A stretch of DNA of 64,000 bases from Planctomycetota bacterium (GTDB lineage Bacteria; Planctomycetota; UBA1135; UBA2386). The stretch is taken from positions 6,848,001 to 6,912,000 of the forward strand of contig OZ245006.1 in the NCBI GenBank assembly GCA_965223545.1, read 5' to 3'. Positions 39,318 through 48,628 of this stretch are shown one piece after another. The notes below the pieces were generated by a model. That model worked only from the letters and a program-made list of their open reading frames with translations. It did no database searches and was not told the origin of the DNA. The position numbers were made by a program, and so were the translations under genes. Each line of letters starts with the position of its first letter. Positions within the stretch are counted from its first letter, which is position 1.

Positions 39318-40910
39318 GTGACCCTGGTGATCACTGGCCGCATTGCCCCGATGGCCTCTGGCGATCCCGCGGCGTCGTTCACCGGCTCCGTTTTCCTCGC
39401 CGAGGGCCGCGTGCAGGCCGTGCGCGCCAGCGGCGCGCCGGAGCCGGCCGGCTTCGCCGAGGCGCCGCGGATCGACGTCGGCGCCGCGTTCGTCTATCCC
39501 GGCCTGTTGGACCTGCACTCGCACATCGGCTACGCGAGCATCCCGCTGTGGTCGGAGGACTCGCGGCCGACGCCGTTCTTGCACCACGACAACTGGCCCA
39601 ATGCGCGGAGCTACAAGTCGTCGGTGACCTGGCCGGCCTATCTGGTCGCGGCGGGGGCGCCGGAGGCGCTGCTGGTCTACGCGCAGGTGCGCGCGCTGGC
39701 GGGCGGCACGACCGCGATCCAGGGCTGGCCCTCGCGCAACCGCAATCCGCTCAATCGGCTGGTGCGCTCGGTGGACGACGAGGATCTCGGCACCGGCGAC
39801 ATGGTGCGGACTTCGGCGTTGACGCTGGACGACGACGAGCTGCGCGAGCGGGCAGAGCGGATGGAGCAGGGCTTCGGTTTCATCTACCACTGCGGCGAGG
39901 GGCAGAAGGGCAGCATCGTCACGCGCGAGTTCGACGACGTCGCCACGACCAACTGCCTGCGGCAAAACCTGATCGCCATCCACATGAACGCGCTCGACGG
40001 CGACGTGTTCCGGCAGTGGAAGGAGCGCGCGGAGCTCGCCGGTGACGATGGGCCGGGGACGTTGGTGTGGTCGCCGTTCTCCAACCTGTGGCTGTACGGC
40101 AGCGATGAGACCACCGATGTCGCGGCGGCGCGTGCCGCCGGCATCGGTGTGTGTCTGGGGACCGACTGGGGGCCGTCGGGGACCAAGAACCTCTTGGGTG
40201 AGCTGAAGGTGGCGCGGATCTGGTCCGAGCGCGAGGGGTTGGGGCTGACCGCGTTCGACCTGGCCCGCATGGTGACCGCGACCCCCGGCGATGCGCTCGC
40301 GCGGCATTGGGGTGCGCAGGCCGGTCGCCTTGTCGAGGATGCGGTGGGGGATGTCGCGGTGATCGACGCGCGCGACGAAGATCCCTGGGAGAACCTGGTG
40401 CTCGCGCAGGAGGAGGACGTTCTCCTGGTCTGTGTCGAGGGCGAGGCCCGCTTCGGGACGCGCACGCTGATGCGTGCGGCGGGCCAGCGCGCGACGACGT
40501 CGGTCGATCTCGGCAACCGCAACAGCCGGCACGTCGCGTTGGTCGACCCCGCCGATCCCGACAAGAGGTGGTACTGGTCGCGCGTGCTGCGCGCGATCGA
40601 TGACGTGCGCAAGGATCCCGCCGGGGCGTTGGCCATGGGACTCCACGCGCGGCGGTTGGCCGCCGACAACGAGCGCGCGCGCCGGCGCGACGGGGTGCCG
40701 CAACCGCGGGGTGCCGCCGGCGACCCGCTCATCCTCGAACTCGACATGCCGGGGCCGGGCGGCGTGCGCGCCGGCCCGCCGCCCGATCCCGCCAGCGTGG
40801 TCGTGCCCAAGGCGCCCGGCCTGCGGCACGACCGGCCGTGGCGGGCGACGTTGACGGGCCGGGCCCATCACGGCGGCGTGCTCGACGAGCTCGACCGTTT
40901 CTACGAGTAG
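39318..40910 (+). CDS. Metal-dependent amidohydrolase (nucleobase/nucleoside deaminase-like)
   Basis: PGLLDLHSH, GGTTAIQG, YHCGEG, AIH, WSPFSN and LGTDW metal-ligand motifs. Confidence 0.88.
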   Translation: MTLVITGRIAPMASGDPAASFTGSVFLAEGRVQAVRASGAPEPAGFAEAPRIDVGAAFVYPGLLDLHSHIGYASIPLWSEDSRPTPFLHHDNWPNARSYKSSVTWPAYLVAAGAPEALLVYAQVRALAGGTTAIQGWPSRNRNPLNRLVRSVDDEDLGTGDMVRTSALTLDDDELRERAERMEQGFGFIYHCGEGQKGSIVTREFDDVATTNCLRQNLIAIHMNALDGDVFRQWKERAELAGDDGPGTLVWSPFSNLWLYGSDETTDVAAARAAGIGVCLGTDWGPSGTKNLLGELKVARIWSEREGLGLTAFDLARMVTATPGDALARHWGAQAGRLVEDAVGDVAVIDARDEDPWENLVLAQEEDVLLVCVEGEARFGTRTLMRAAGQRATTSVDLGNRNSRHVALVDPADPDKRWYWSRVLRAIDDVRKDPAGALAMGLHARRLAADNERARRRDGVPQPRGAAGDPLILELDMPGPGGVRAGPPPDPASVVVPKAPGLRHDRPWRATLTGRAHHGGVLDELDRFYE

Positions 40911-40937
40911 CCGAGAGTGGGCGCTTAGGTATCGACG

Positions 40938-42821
40938 ATGAAGAAGTCCCTCCAGCGCGCGCAGGCCGGCACGGAGCTGCGGCAGTTCGCCGTGCCGAGC
41001 GAGCCGGTCTACCCGATCGCCCACTTGCAGGCCGACGAGCGCGAGCGGTTGGTGGAGACGTTCGTGCGGCTGCTCGAAGGCGTCTACGTCCACCTGCGGC
41101 TCAAGCGCTCGATGTACGGCAAGGATCCCGTGCAGCGTCTGCGGTTGTTGGGGCAGCGCGCCGCTGCGATGGACGAACCCGACTTCCACGCCGAGCTGTC
41201 GGCGATCCTGGTCGACCTGCGCGATGCACACACGCGCTACGCGAGCATCGCGGAGCGGCAGGGGTTGGTGGCGGTGCTGCCGTTCATGGTCGAGCTGTTC
41301 GGTGGCGCCGACGCGCCGCGCTTCTTGGTGTCCAATGTCGTCGAGGACGAGCCGGCATTTGCCGGCACCGAGTTCGCCGCCGGAGTCGAGATCGAATGGT
41401 GGAACGCGGTGCCGATCGCACGCGCGGTCGATCGCTACGCCGAGCGCGAGACCGGCGGCCGGCGCGACGCGCGCCGGCAGCGCGCACTCGAGTCGCTGAC
41501 CTTTCGCGCCCTCGAGTACGGTCCGCCGCCGGACGAGTACTGGGTGCGCGTCGGCTACCGGACCCCGTCCGGGCAAGCGCACGAGGTGCAGGTCGAGTGG
41601 CGTGTGGTCGAGGTCGGCGCGGGCGACGAGACGCGCAGCGAGCAGCCGGACTCCGCCATGGCCTATGCCGCCAACCCCGCCGCCGAAGCGGTGCGCCGCG
41701 CCAAGACGCTGCTGTTCGCTCCGGTGGTTTGGGACGACCACCGGCGCGGGGTGGCCAAGCGGCTGCCGCGGAATCGAGCCGTGCGCGCCGGCGAGTGGCT
41801 CAGCGGCCGGTTCGCCGGCCTGGTCTCCGCCAAAGAGGTCGAGACGGATGCCGGCACGTTCGGCTACCTGCGGCTCTGGAGCTTCGACTTGATCGACGAC
41901 TCCGGTTTCGTCGATGAAGTGATCGAGCTGCTGGATCGGTTGCCGCGGCGCGGGTTGATCGTCGACGTGCGCGCCAACCCCGGCGGGCTGATCTGGGCCG
42001 CCGAGCGGCTGCTGCAGCTGTTCACGCCGCACCGCGTCGAGCCGACGCGCTTCAGCCTGCTCGCCACCGACCTGACGCGCGAGATGGCCGAGCTGCCGCA
42101 GAACGCGCTGCAGCTCGAGCCCTGGCGGCGCAGCCTGGCGGACGCGGTCGCCAACGGCGAGCCGTTCTCGCGTGCTGTGCCGCTGACTCCGCCGCGACTG
42201 TGCCAGAGCACGGGGCAGCGCTACCCGGGGCCGGTGGTGTGCGTCGCCGACGGCAACACCTACTCGGCCGGTGACTTGTTCGCCGCCGGCTTCGTCGACA
42301 ACCGCATCGGTCCGCTGATCACCATCGGCGAGGCGACCGGTGCCGGCGGGGCCAACGTGTGGCGCCGCGCCGACGTCGAACGCGCGCTTGCCGGTGCGCG
42401 GCAGCCGTTGCCACCGTTGCCGGAGAGTGTGTCCTACACGCTCTCGTTTCGGCGCGCGGTGCGGGCAGGCAGCGCGTCGGGCACGTTGATCGAGGACCTC
42501 GGCGTGCCCGGCCACCTCCGCTATGAGTTGACGCGCGAGGATCTGACGGGAGGCAATCGCGACCTGATCGAGTTCTGTGGCCGGCTGCTGGCCTCGGAGC
42601 GGTCGACCGACTTGCAGGTCGAGCGCGTGGGCGACGCTGGCTTGAAGGTGTCGGCCGAGCGATTGGATCGCATCGATGTGTACGTCGACGGCCGCCCGGT
42701 CGGGTCGAGTGCACCGGACGAGCTACCGCCCGCCATCGAGCTGGGCGAATCGTGGTCGGCGGCGGAGGTGCGCGGGTTCGTCGGCCAGAGCCTGCGCCAG
42801 CGCCGGCTCATTCACCGTTGA
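40938..42821 (+). CDS. S41 family peptidase without signal peptide
   Basis: LRDAHT, GYLRLWSF, VDVRANPGG, TYSAGDLF (catalytic Ser), GEATGAGG and IEDLGV. Confidence 0.88.
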   Translation: MKKSLQRAQAGTELRQFAVPSEPVYPIAHLQADERERLVETFVRLLEGVYVHLRLKRSMYGKDPVQRLRLLGQRAAAMDEPDFHAELSAILVDLRDAHTRYASIAERQGLVAVLPFMVELFGGADAPRFLVSNVVEDEPAFAGTEFAAGVEIEWWNAVPIARAVDRYAERETGGRRDARRQRALESLTFRALEYGPPPDEYWVRVGYRTPSGQAHEVQVEWRVVEVGAGDETRSEQPDSAMAYAANPAAEAVRRAKTLLFAPVVWDDHRRGVAKRLPRNRAVRAGEWLSGRFAGLVSAKEVETDAGTFGYLRLWSFDLIDDSGFVDEVIELLDRLPRRGLIVDVRANPGGLIWAAERLLQLFTPHRVEPTRFSLLATDLTREMAELPQNALQLEPWRRSLADAVANGEPFSRAVPLTPPRLCQSTGQRYPGPVVCVADGNTYSAGDLFAAGFVDNRIGPLITIGEATGAGGANVWRRADVERALAGARQPLPPLPESVSYTLSFRRAVRAGSASGTLIEDLGVPGHLRYELTREDLTGGNRDLIEFCGRLLASERSTDLQVERVGDAGLKVSAERLDRIDVYVDGRPVGSSAPDELPPAIELGESWSAAEVRGFVGQSLRQRRLIHR

Positions 42822-42851
42822 CGCGAGGACACCGTTTCACCGAGGAGACCC

Positions 42852-43793
42852 ATGGTTGGATCGTACGACAAGCTGGTAGTGGCCGCGCACCGCGGCAAGA
42901 CCGCGGCCGAGCTGTTGGCGGCGCCGCCGGACGCGATCAAGGGCGTGTCGGCCGCCGACGCCACTCGCCTCGAGGAGGCGTTCGGCATCGACACGGTGGA
43001 GGAGATGGCGCGCAGCCGCTACTTCGAGCACTCGCGCGCGATCCTGGCCGGCGACGGCACGCCGCCGTTCGATCCGGGGCCGCCGCCGGATTGGCAAGAG
43101 CAGTTTGGCCAAGCGCCAGTGCAGCACTACCTGGGCCACCCGAGTGGACGTTTTCGCATCGAGTTCGGGCCGGTGTACTACCGCGGGCGCTTGGACGGCA
43201 CCGCGCGGGTGCTCGTGCTCGGCCAGGACCCGTCGACCAACGAGATCCTGGCGCACCGGATCTTCATCGGCCACTCCGGCCAGCGCATCCAGCGGGTGCT
43301 CGCCAAGCTCGGCATCGAGCGCTCCTACGTGATGCTCAACACGTTCTTGTTCAGCGTGCACGGCCAGTTCGACACCGAGCTGCGGAACATCTCGGAGGAG
43401 CCCGAGGTCGAGGGCTTCCGCCACGAGTGCCTCGACAGGCTGATGGACGACAACAACATCGAGGCCGTGCTCGCGTTCGGCGTCGGCGCCCGGCACGCCG
43501 CGCAGCGGTGGAACGGCCAGGGGAACGTCCCGGTGTTCGAGCTCACGCATCCCGCCGCGTCCGACAACCAGGTGCTGGCCTCTTGGAACCAGCACTTGCC
43601 GGCGATGCTGGCCGCGGTCACGCCGGATGCCGGCGCCGCCGCCGACCCGACGCCGTGGGCGGCGCCGCTGGGCGCCGCCGACATGGCCCCGATCCCGGCC
43701 TTCGACGTGCCCTTCGGCGTGCCCGCATTCCACCTCTCCGGCGGCGGCCACAGCAACCGCAACGGCAACGACCAGATCGTCTGGACCGCGTGA
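42852..43793 (+). CDS. Uracil-DNA glycosylase superfamily protein with small N-terminal helical domain
   Basis: VLVLGQDP, FIGHSGQR, YVMLN and THPAA motifs; N-terminal AIKGVS..A..LEEAFGIDTVEEM (HhH-like). Confidence 0.8.
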   Translation: MVGSYDKLVVAAHRGKTAAELLAAPPDAIKGVSAADATRLEEAFGIDTVEEMARSRYFEHSRAILAGDGTPPFDPGPPPDWQEQFGQAPVQHYLGHPSGRFRIEFGPVYYRGRLDGTARVLVLGQDPSTNEILAHRIFIGHSGQRIQRVLAKLGIERSYVMLNTFLFSVHGQFDTELRNISEEPEVEGFRHECLDRLMDDNNIEAVLAFGVGARHAAQRWNGQGNVPVFELTHPAASDNQVLASWNQHLPAMLAAVTPDAGAAADPTPWAAPLGAADMAPIPAFDVPFGVPAFHLSGGGHSNRNGNDQIVWTA

Positions 43794-43802
43794 GCCTCGC
43801 AG

Positions 43803-44783
43803 CTAGACCGGAAACGGTCCCTCTTCGAACGTCTGTCCTGGGTGATAGCCCTTCGCGCCAACTGCGGCGCTGAGTTGGCTGAAGGGGGACGTGTTGTTCC
43901 GAAGGCACTCGATCGCGTGGGCGAAGGTGACTCTTGGCTCCCAACCGAGGTCCCGACGCGCGGCGGCGTTCACGTAGACCCGGTCGATTCCCTCGAACAT
44001 CCGCCATCCTCGTCGCTCGTACTCGTCCCGATAGTCGGTGTACTGCAGCACGACGCCTTCGGGGTCGTCTCGGAGGCGGGAGAGGTCCGGCCTCTTGAAT
44101 GGCGACGTCGCGCTCAGGATGTATCGCCCAAACCCGAGCTGTGTTGCTCGCTGGAGAGCGAGCAGGTGTGCCTCGACGGCGTCCTCCAGGTCGAGCCGCC
44201 GATAGAGCAGCTCGTTGACCTTCAGGTTCAGGTCTTCGAAGTTCGCCCGCGCTGCCGCGCTGTCGTCTTCCTCGGGAAAGAACCGGGAGGTTCTCAAGAT
44301 CAAGCACGGCAGACCGTGCAGGAAGTGGAAGAGATGACAGAGCTCCTCGGCGGCGACCTTCGTCGTTCCGTAGATGTTCTTCGGAATGGGCCGGACCTCT
44401 TCGGTGATCCATGCGGCGGGCTCCCCGGGAGGAGGAACAAGCGCGCGCCCAAAGGTGCTGGTCGTCGAGGTGAAGATGAAGCACTGACACCGCTGCGCGA
44501 CGGCTTCCTCCAGCAAGTTCAGGGTTCCGGTGATGTTCGAGTCGACGAACTGCTGGCGGGAGTGGGTGGCGACGTGGGGCTTGTGCAGCGTGGCCGCGTG
44601 GAGAATCGCGTCGCATCCAGAGACGGCATCGGCGACCGCCGCTCGATCGGAGACCGACCCCACGACCTCGGTGTAGGGGCTCTCGATCAGGTCGAACCCG
44701 CGGGGTTCGTGAGGACCCGCGCGAAGTGCACGCATGAGCCCTTCGCCGAGATGGCCGGAGCTTCCAGTCACGAGAACTTTCAT
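43803..44783 (-). CDS. NAD-dependent epimerase/dehydratase
   Basis: VTGSSGHLG, HAATLHKPH, FTSTTS and YGTTK. Confidence 0.93.
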   Translation of the reverse strand: MKVLVTGSSGHLGEGLMRALRAGPHEPRGFDLIESPYTEVVGSVSDRAAVADAVSGCDAILHAATLHKPHVATHSRQQFVDSNITGTLNLLEEAVAQRCQCFIFTSTTSTFGRALVPPPGEPAAWITEEVRPIPKNIYGTTKVAAEELCHLFHFLHGLPCLILRTSRFFPEEDDSAAARANFEDLNLKVNELLYRRLDLEDAVEAHLLALQRATQLGFGRYILSATSPFKRPDLSRLRDDPEGVVLQYTDYRDEYERRGWRMFEGIDRVYVNAAARRDLGWEPRVTFAHAIECLRNNTSPFSQLSAAVGAKGYHPGQTFEEGPFPV

Positions 44784-45849
44784 CTGCACCGCGAGTACGG
44801 AGTCGCACTCGATTTTCTCGCTACCGCGCGGTCACGACCAGCATCCTTCGCGTGCGCTGCTCCTTGTCGAGCTGCTTGGCCGCAGCGGGCGAGCGCGGCG
44901 ACGAATGAGCCCCGATCGCCCGGAACCCAGGTGACGTCCACGTCCCAGTAGCCCTGCCATCCCGGTTTCGTCGACGATTTCGCTGCCGGTCATGTTGCCG
45001 ACCCACGCGGTCGTCGGCACGGTCAGCAGGCGGTAGCCGAGGCGATCGGTAGCCGTCGGGGCGCCTTCGTCCCACTCGACGTTGGCGCGGACGTTGGTCT
45101 TCAACGTGAGGTCGATTTCCGAGCCGCCGGCCAGTGCGCGCGGTGCGTCGGCGGTGACGTCGTGGGGGCGCGTGATCGCCGCGATCTCACCGCGATCTCA
45201 CCGCACCGGTTGAGCACGACGGTGTGTGGCACGACACCCGCACCGTAAGCCATGAACGACCGCTCGCCAGAACCATATGTTCCTCCGGATATCGCTTGGT
45301 CCGCGCGCAAGCCGTGGCCAAGACCTCCTCGTCGCGCCGTGGCAGGAAGTACGAATCGTCGGTTCCTGCAGTCCCGCGTCCTCGTACCCGAGGGCCTTTT
45401 CCTGCCTCCGCAGGCAGTCGAGCTCACCGAGTAGGTTGGCCTGTCGGCGTTGGGTGCCGCGGTCCTCGTGGAGTTCGGCGAGGCAGACCGGCGGCGAGCG
45501 CGCGCAAGCCGCGAGGAGCGCGCCGTGAGCGACCTCCTCCCACCCATTCCTGCCTACGCGGGCTAGTGCCGCGGCCGCATCATCTTCGAGACGCGCTCGC
45601 GAAAGTCTGACAACAAGTAGCGTTCGACGGTCGACCCACTGACGCCGAGGCGCGAGAGGGCAGTCGCGATGCGATGAAGGTCAACGACATCCAACGCGCT
45701 GTCCTCCAGGAGCGCGGCGTGTCGCCCTGCCCTACCTAAGTAGCGTCAGGCATCACTGGCAGCGCGCGGGCGACTCTTGCGGCGGTCCGGGGGTTGTTCG
45801 CGACGTAAAGCGCCTCCGCATCCGGAAGCGGCCCGACGCGCCTGCAGAT

Positions 45850-46050
45850 CGCGGCCAGCGTCAACGCGCCCAGCTCCGTTCGTCGGTCGAGTCGGCGTGT
45901 CGTAGGCGCTGGTGCAGTGCATCTCGGCTGCCTAAGTCGCCAAGTTGGGCGAGCGCGCTCATCGCGCTTTTTCGCATCTGCTCGTGGTCGTCGTCGACGG
46001 ACGTTAGCAGCCACCCGGCGTGCCTCGTGTCGCCGAAGGTCTCCAGGTAC
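45850..46050 (-). pseudogene. HEAT-repeat protein fragment
   Basis: Manual translation LLTSVDDDHEQMRKSAMSALAQLGDLGSRDAL; bounded by stops and frameshifts. Confidence 0.35.
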
Positions 46051-46104
46051 TACACGGCCGCGGAACGTACTCCGGGTGAGTCATGGGAGAGCGCGGCGTG
46101 GACT

Positions 46105-46311
46105 CTCAGCGCGGCCGAGGCCGCAACCAAACACGGAGCATTCCGCGACCCGAGCGTCGGTCGCGGGTCCCGCGGTCGCCGGCGGCCGCGCTGAGCGCAG
46201 ACGCCAGTGTTGTCTTCGAGCCTCCGGGAGCTGCGTTGTCGAAGTTCCAGCGGCATCGAGCCTTCCGAAAGGTTGTCGCCGCGCGAAGATTTGCGGACCC
46301 CGAGGCTCAGC
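46105..46311 (+). repeat. 201-bp structured repeat, single unit
   Basis: Near-identical to 24343-24543. Confidence 0.95.
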
Positions 46312-46379
46312 TCGAGGCGCGTGGGCGTCGCGTCCTCGTTTTGGGGCGTCGTCTGCCCGCTGACCGCGCACGCGACCAC

Positions 46380-47200
46380 TACGCCATGAGCGATGGCGCA
46401 GACCGAGGTCTTACGGAACGCCCGAGTCAGCTCCTCGGTCACGGGCGTTGGGCTTCATCGGACTTGTTCCACGTCCCGGACTCGCCCTTCTTCGAGCCCC
46501 CGGTCGAGGTCGGTGGCGTACTCTTGTTCGGTAGTGAGCCGAATCGCGCTAGCCCGATCGATGACGTTGAGCTGGGGACGACGGATGGTATGCCGGCGGG
46601 AACTCAGCGGCGGCTCGACATTTGGTCCGGCTTGGCCGGCAGCTTCCCGGAAGACTTCGTTGTCGTTGGAGGCCGCTTGTTCTTCAGCGCTGGCGATCCC
46701 GTAGCCGGCTTCGAACTCCGGATGTCGGATGGTTCGATTGCCGGTACCGTCCGCCTACCGGAGATCGAGCCGGGCACGCGGGGGAGTGCGCCCGACGCGC
46801 TGCAGGTGCTCGGCAACACTCTTGTCTTCTGGACGTTCTCGACGGCCGCAGGTCGAGAGCTGTTTCCGCTCGATCTCACGCACTCCAACCCGAGCTGATC
46901 GTCGATCTCGAGCCTGGTCCGGCTCCCAGCCGCACGAAGCCGGAGTTCGTTTGGGGCAACCCCCTGCTTCCTTCAGCGTCTCCGGTCCGAGCGCCGGCAT
47001 GGAGCTTGGCGTCAGCGATGGAACGGCGGCTGGGACCAGCCTCTTCGATTTGGGCTAGGAGTTTCGAGCTCCCGTCCGGGGGGGGCATCGAGGCCATCGA
47101 CAAGGGCCTGCTGTTCGCGGCGTCCGTCGGGCGAGGCGACTGGGAGCTTTGGCGCAGCGAAGGGAGCGGCTTTCGCCGGATTTTTGAGACACGATCCCTC
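46380..47200 (+). pseudogene. Degenerate ELWxxDGT-repeat surface protein
   Basis: ELGTTDGMPAGT, ELRMSDGSIAGT, ELGVSDGTAAGT and ELWRSEG spread across different frames. Confidence 0.65.
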
Positions 47201-47316
47201 AAGCAGGGCACGGGGCCGCGCAAACCACTCGGCGCTAGTTCCGCGTGCCGCGCGCGGACGCCGACGAACTGAGGCACGACCTTGCTGGTCGTGCCCCACC
47301 TACAGAAGGAAGACCA

Positions 47317-48570
47317 GTGTTTCATACTTCGCACCGCATCCTCGTAAGCGTGCTCCTCTGTGCTCTGCCACTCAGCGCGCAGCTCTGCCCGCCCTTCCAG
47401 GACGATGGATTCGCCGGCCAGTGCTGCCAGCAAGCGAGTCCCGTGATTCCCGATTTCCCGGAAGTCACCATCACCACCCTCTACAGCGACTTCGGGATCG
47501 GCAGCGCCGCCTGCCCGGTTGGCACGCCTTGCACGATCGTGTTGACTCTCGGTGCACCGGTGATCAACACATGCAACCGCCGTTCGGTTTCGGTAACGGG
47601 GGTCGACCGCACGACAGGCGCCGTAGTGCTGGTCGGCGCGCTGATCATGGAGTACTCGCGCACCTTCACGTGGCACGACCCGACGAATACGGTCGCTGAG
47701 ACCTCGCAAGTCTGGCGTTTCATGATCAACGGCGACCTGGCCTTCACCCAACCCACGACGTGCGTCGTTCCACCCTGCCAGGGCACCTTCGGCGTGGTGC
47801 ACATGGTGGGCAGCCTCGACTACGAGTGTCACCTAGCGAACGTGGCGGGCTCCGAAGTTGCGGTGTGGGATACACGGATTGACCTCACCCACTACGACCG
47901 GGACATCCACCACACGGGCTGCCGCCCGCTGGCAAACCCCCTGCTTGGGCATGTCTCGACACGCTACAGCTTGATCGGGCCGACCCCGGTCTCCTTCACA
48001 CCGGCGCAGCCGACCTTCCCTGGCTTCTACCAACTGGAGGCTGTTCGCGAGATCGATCTCGTGGCAAACCTCTGCTACCACGAGGCCGAAAGCGTGGATG
48101 CGGTCGTCACCCTTGCCCCCAGCCCCTGTCCCCGGCACGCACAAGAGACCATCTCAGGCAATTCGATCTGCAACGGAGTGGCTGGCAACTTCAGCACCGT
48201 GCCGCAGCCGAGCCTACCCAGCGGTTCGGAGGTGAACTTCATCGCCACACACAGTGCGCTGCCCCGCGGCCGTTTCCCCCGGGGTCTACACGTCTTCGGG
48301 CACGTCTCCATCCTGCAGGTGGACTGGCAATGCAATCACCACCCCTCCGGTGAGACCCTTTTGTGTCACGGAGTTACCACCCTGATGGATAACTCAGTGA
48401 GCAGCCCAGATCCGACTCCTTTCGGCATCTGGAAGACCAACCCCTACAACCACTCCTACGCTACGATGTTCGACCTAGTGAACCACGCCGTAGTCAACTC
48501 CGACAACGTGGCCGTACCCAACTTCGGCTGCCCGGATTTCGCCGAGTTCCTGCTGCAGCTCACTCAGTAG
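47317..48570 (+). CDS. Secreted cysteine-rich hypothetical protein
   Basis: RBS AAGGA; signal peptide ending LSA-Q; coding-like third-position bias. Confidence 0.8.
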   Translation: MFHTSHRILVSVLLCALPLSAQLCPPFQDDGFAGQCCQQASPVIPDFPEVTITTLYSDFGIGSAACPVGTPCTIVLTLGAPVINTCNRRSVSVTGVDRTTGAVVLVGALIMEYSRTFTWHDPTNTVAETSQVWRFMINGDLAFTQPTTCVVPPCQGTFGVVHMVGSLDYECHLANVAGSEVAVWDTRIDLTHYDRDIHHTGCRPLANPLLGHVSTRYSLIGPTPVSFTPAQPTFPGFYQLEAVREIDLVANLCYHEAESVDAVVTLAPSPCPRHAQETISGNSICNGVAGNFSTVPQPSLPSGSEVNFIATHSALPRGRFPRGLHVFGHVSILQVDWQCNHHPSGETLLCHGVTTLMDNSVSSPDPTPFGIWKTNPYNHSYATMFDLVNHAVVNSDNVAVPNFGCPDFAEFLLQLTQ

Positions 48571-48628
48571 TGCTGGCGAAGGTTCCTCCCGTAACGGCAG
48601 CAAGCCCTCGCAGTCCGCGATTCGGCCG

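Noticed and set aside
45179..45204. 11-bp tandem duplication CCGCGATCTCA (also 7-bp GCTGGTA x2 near 24872)
   Set aside because: Too short and isolated to call a transposon footprint; could be slippage or chance
44820..45740. Short ORFs between the epimerase and the 46.1-kb repeat
   Set aside because: No recognisable motifs or consistent frame; probably decayed DNA
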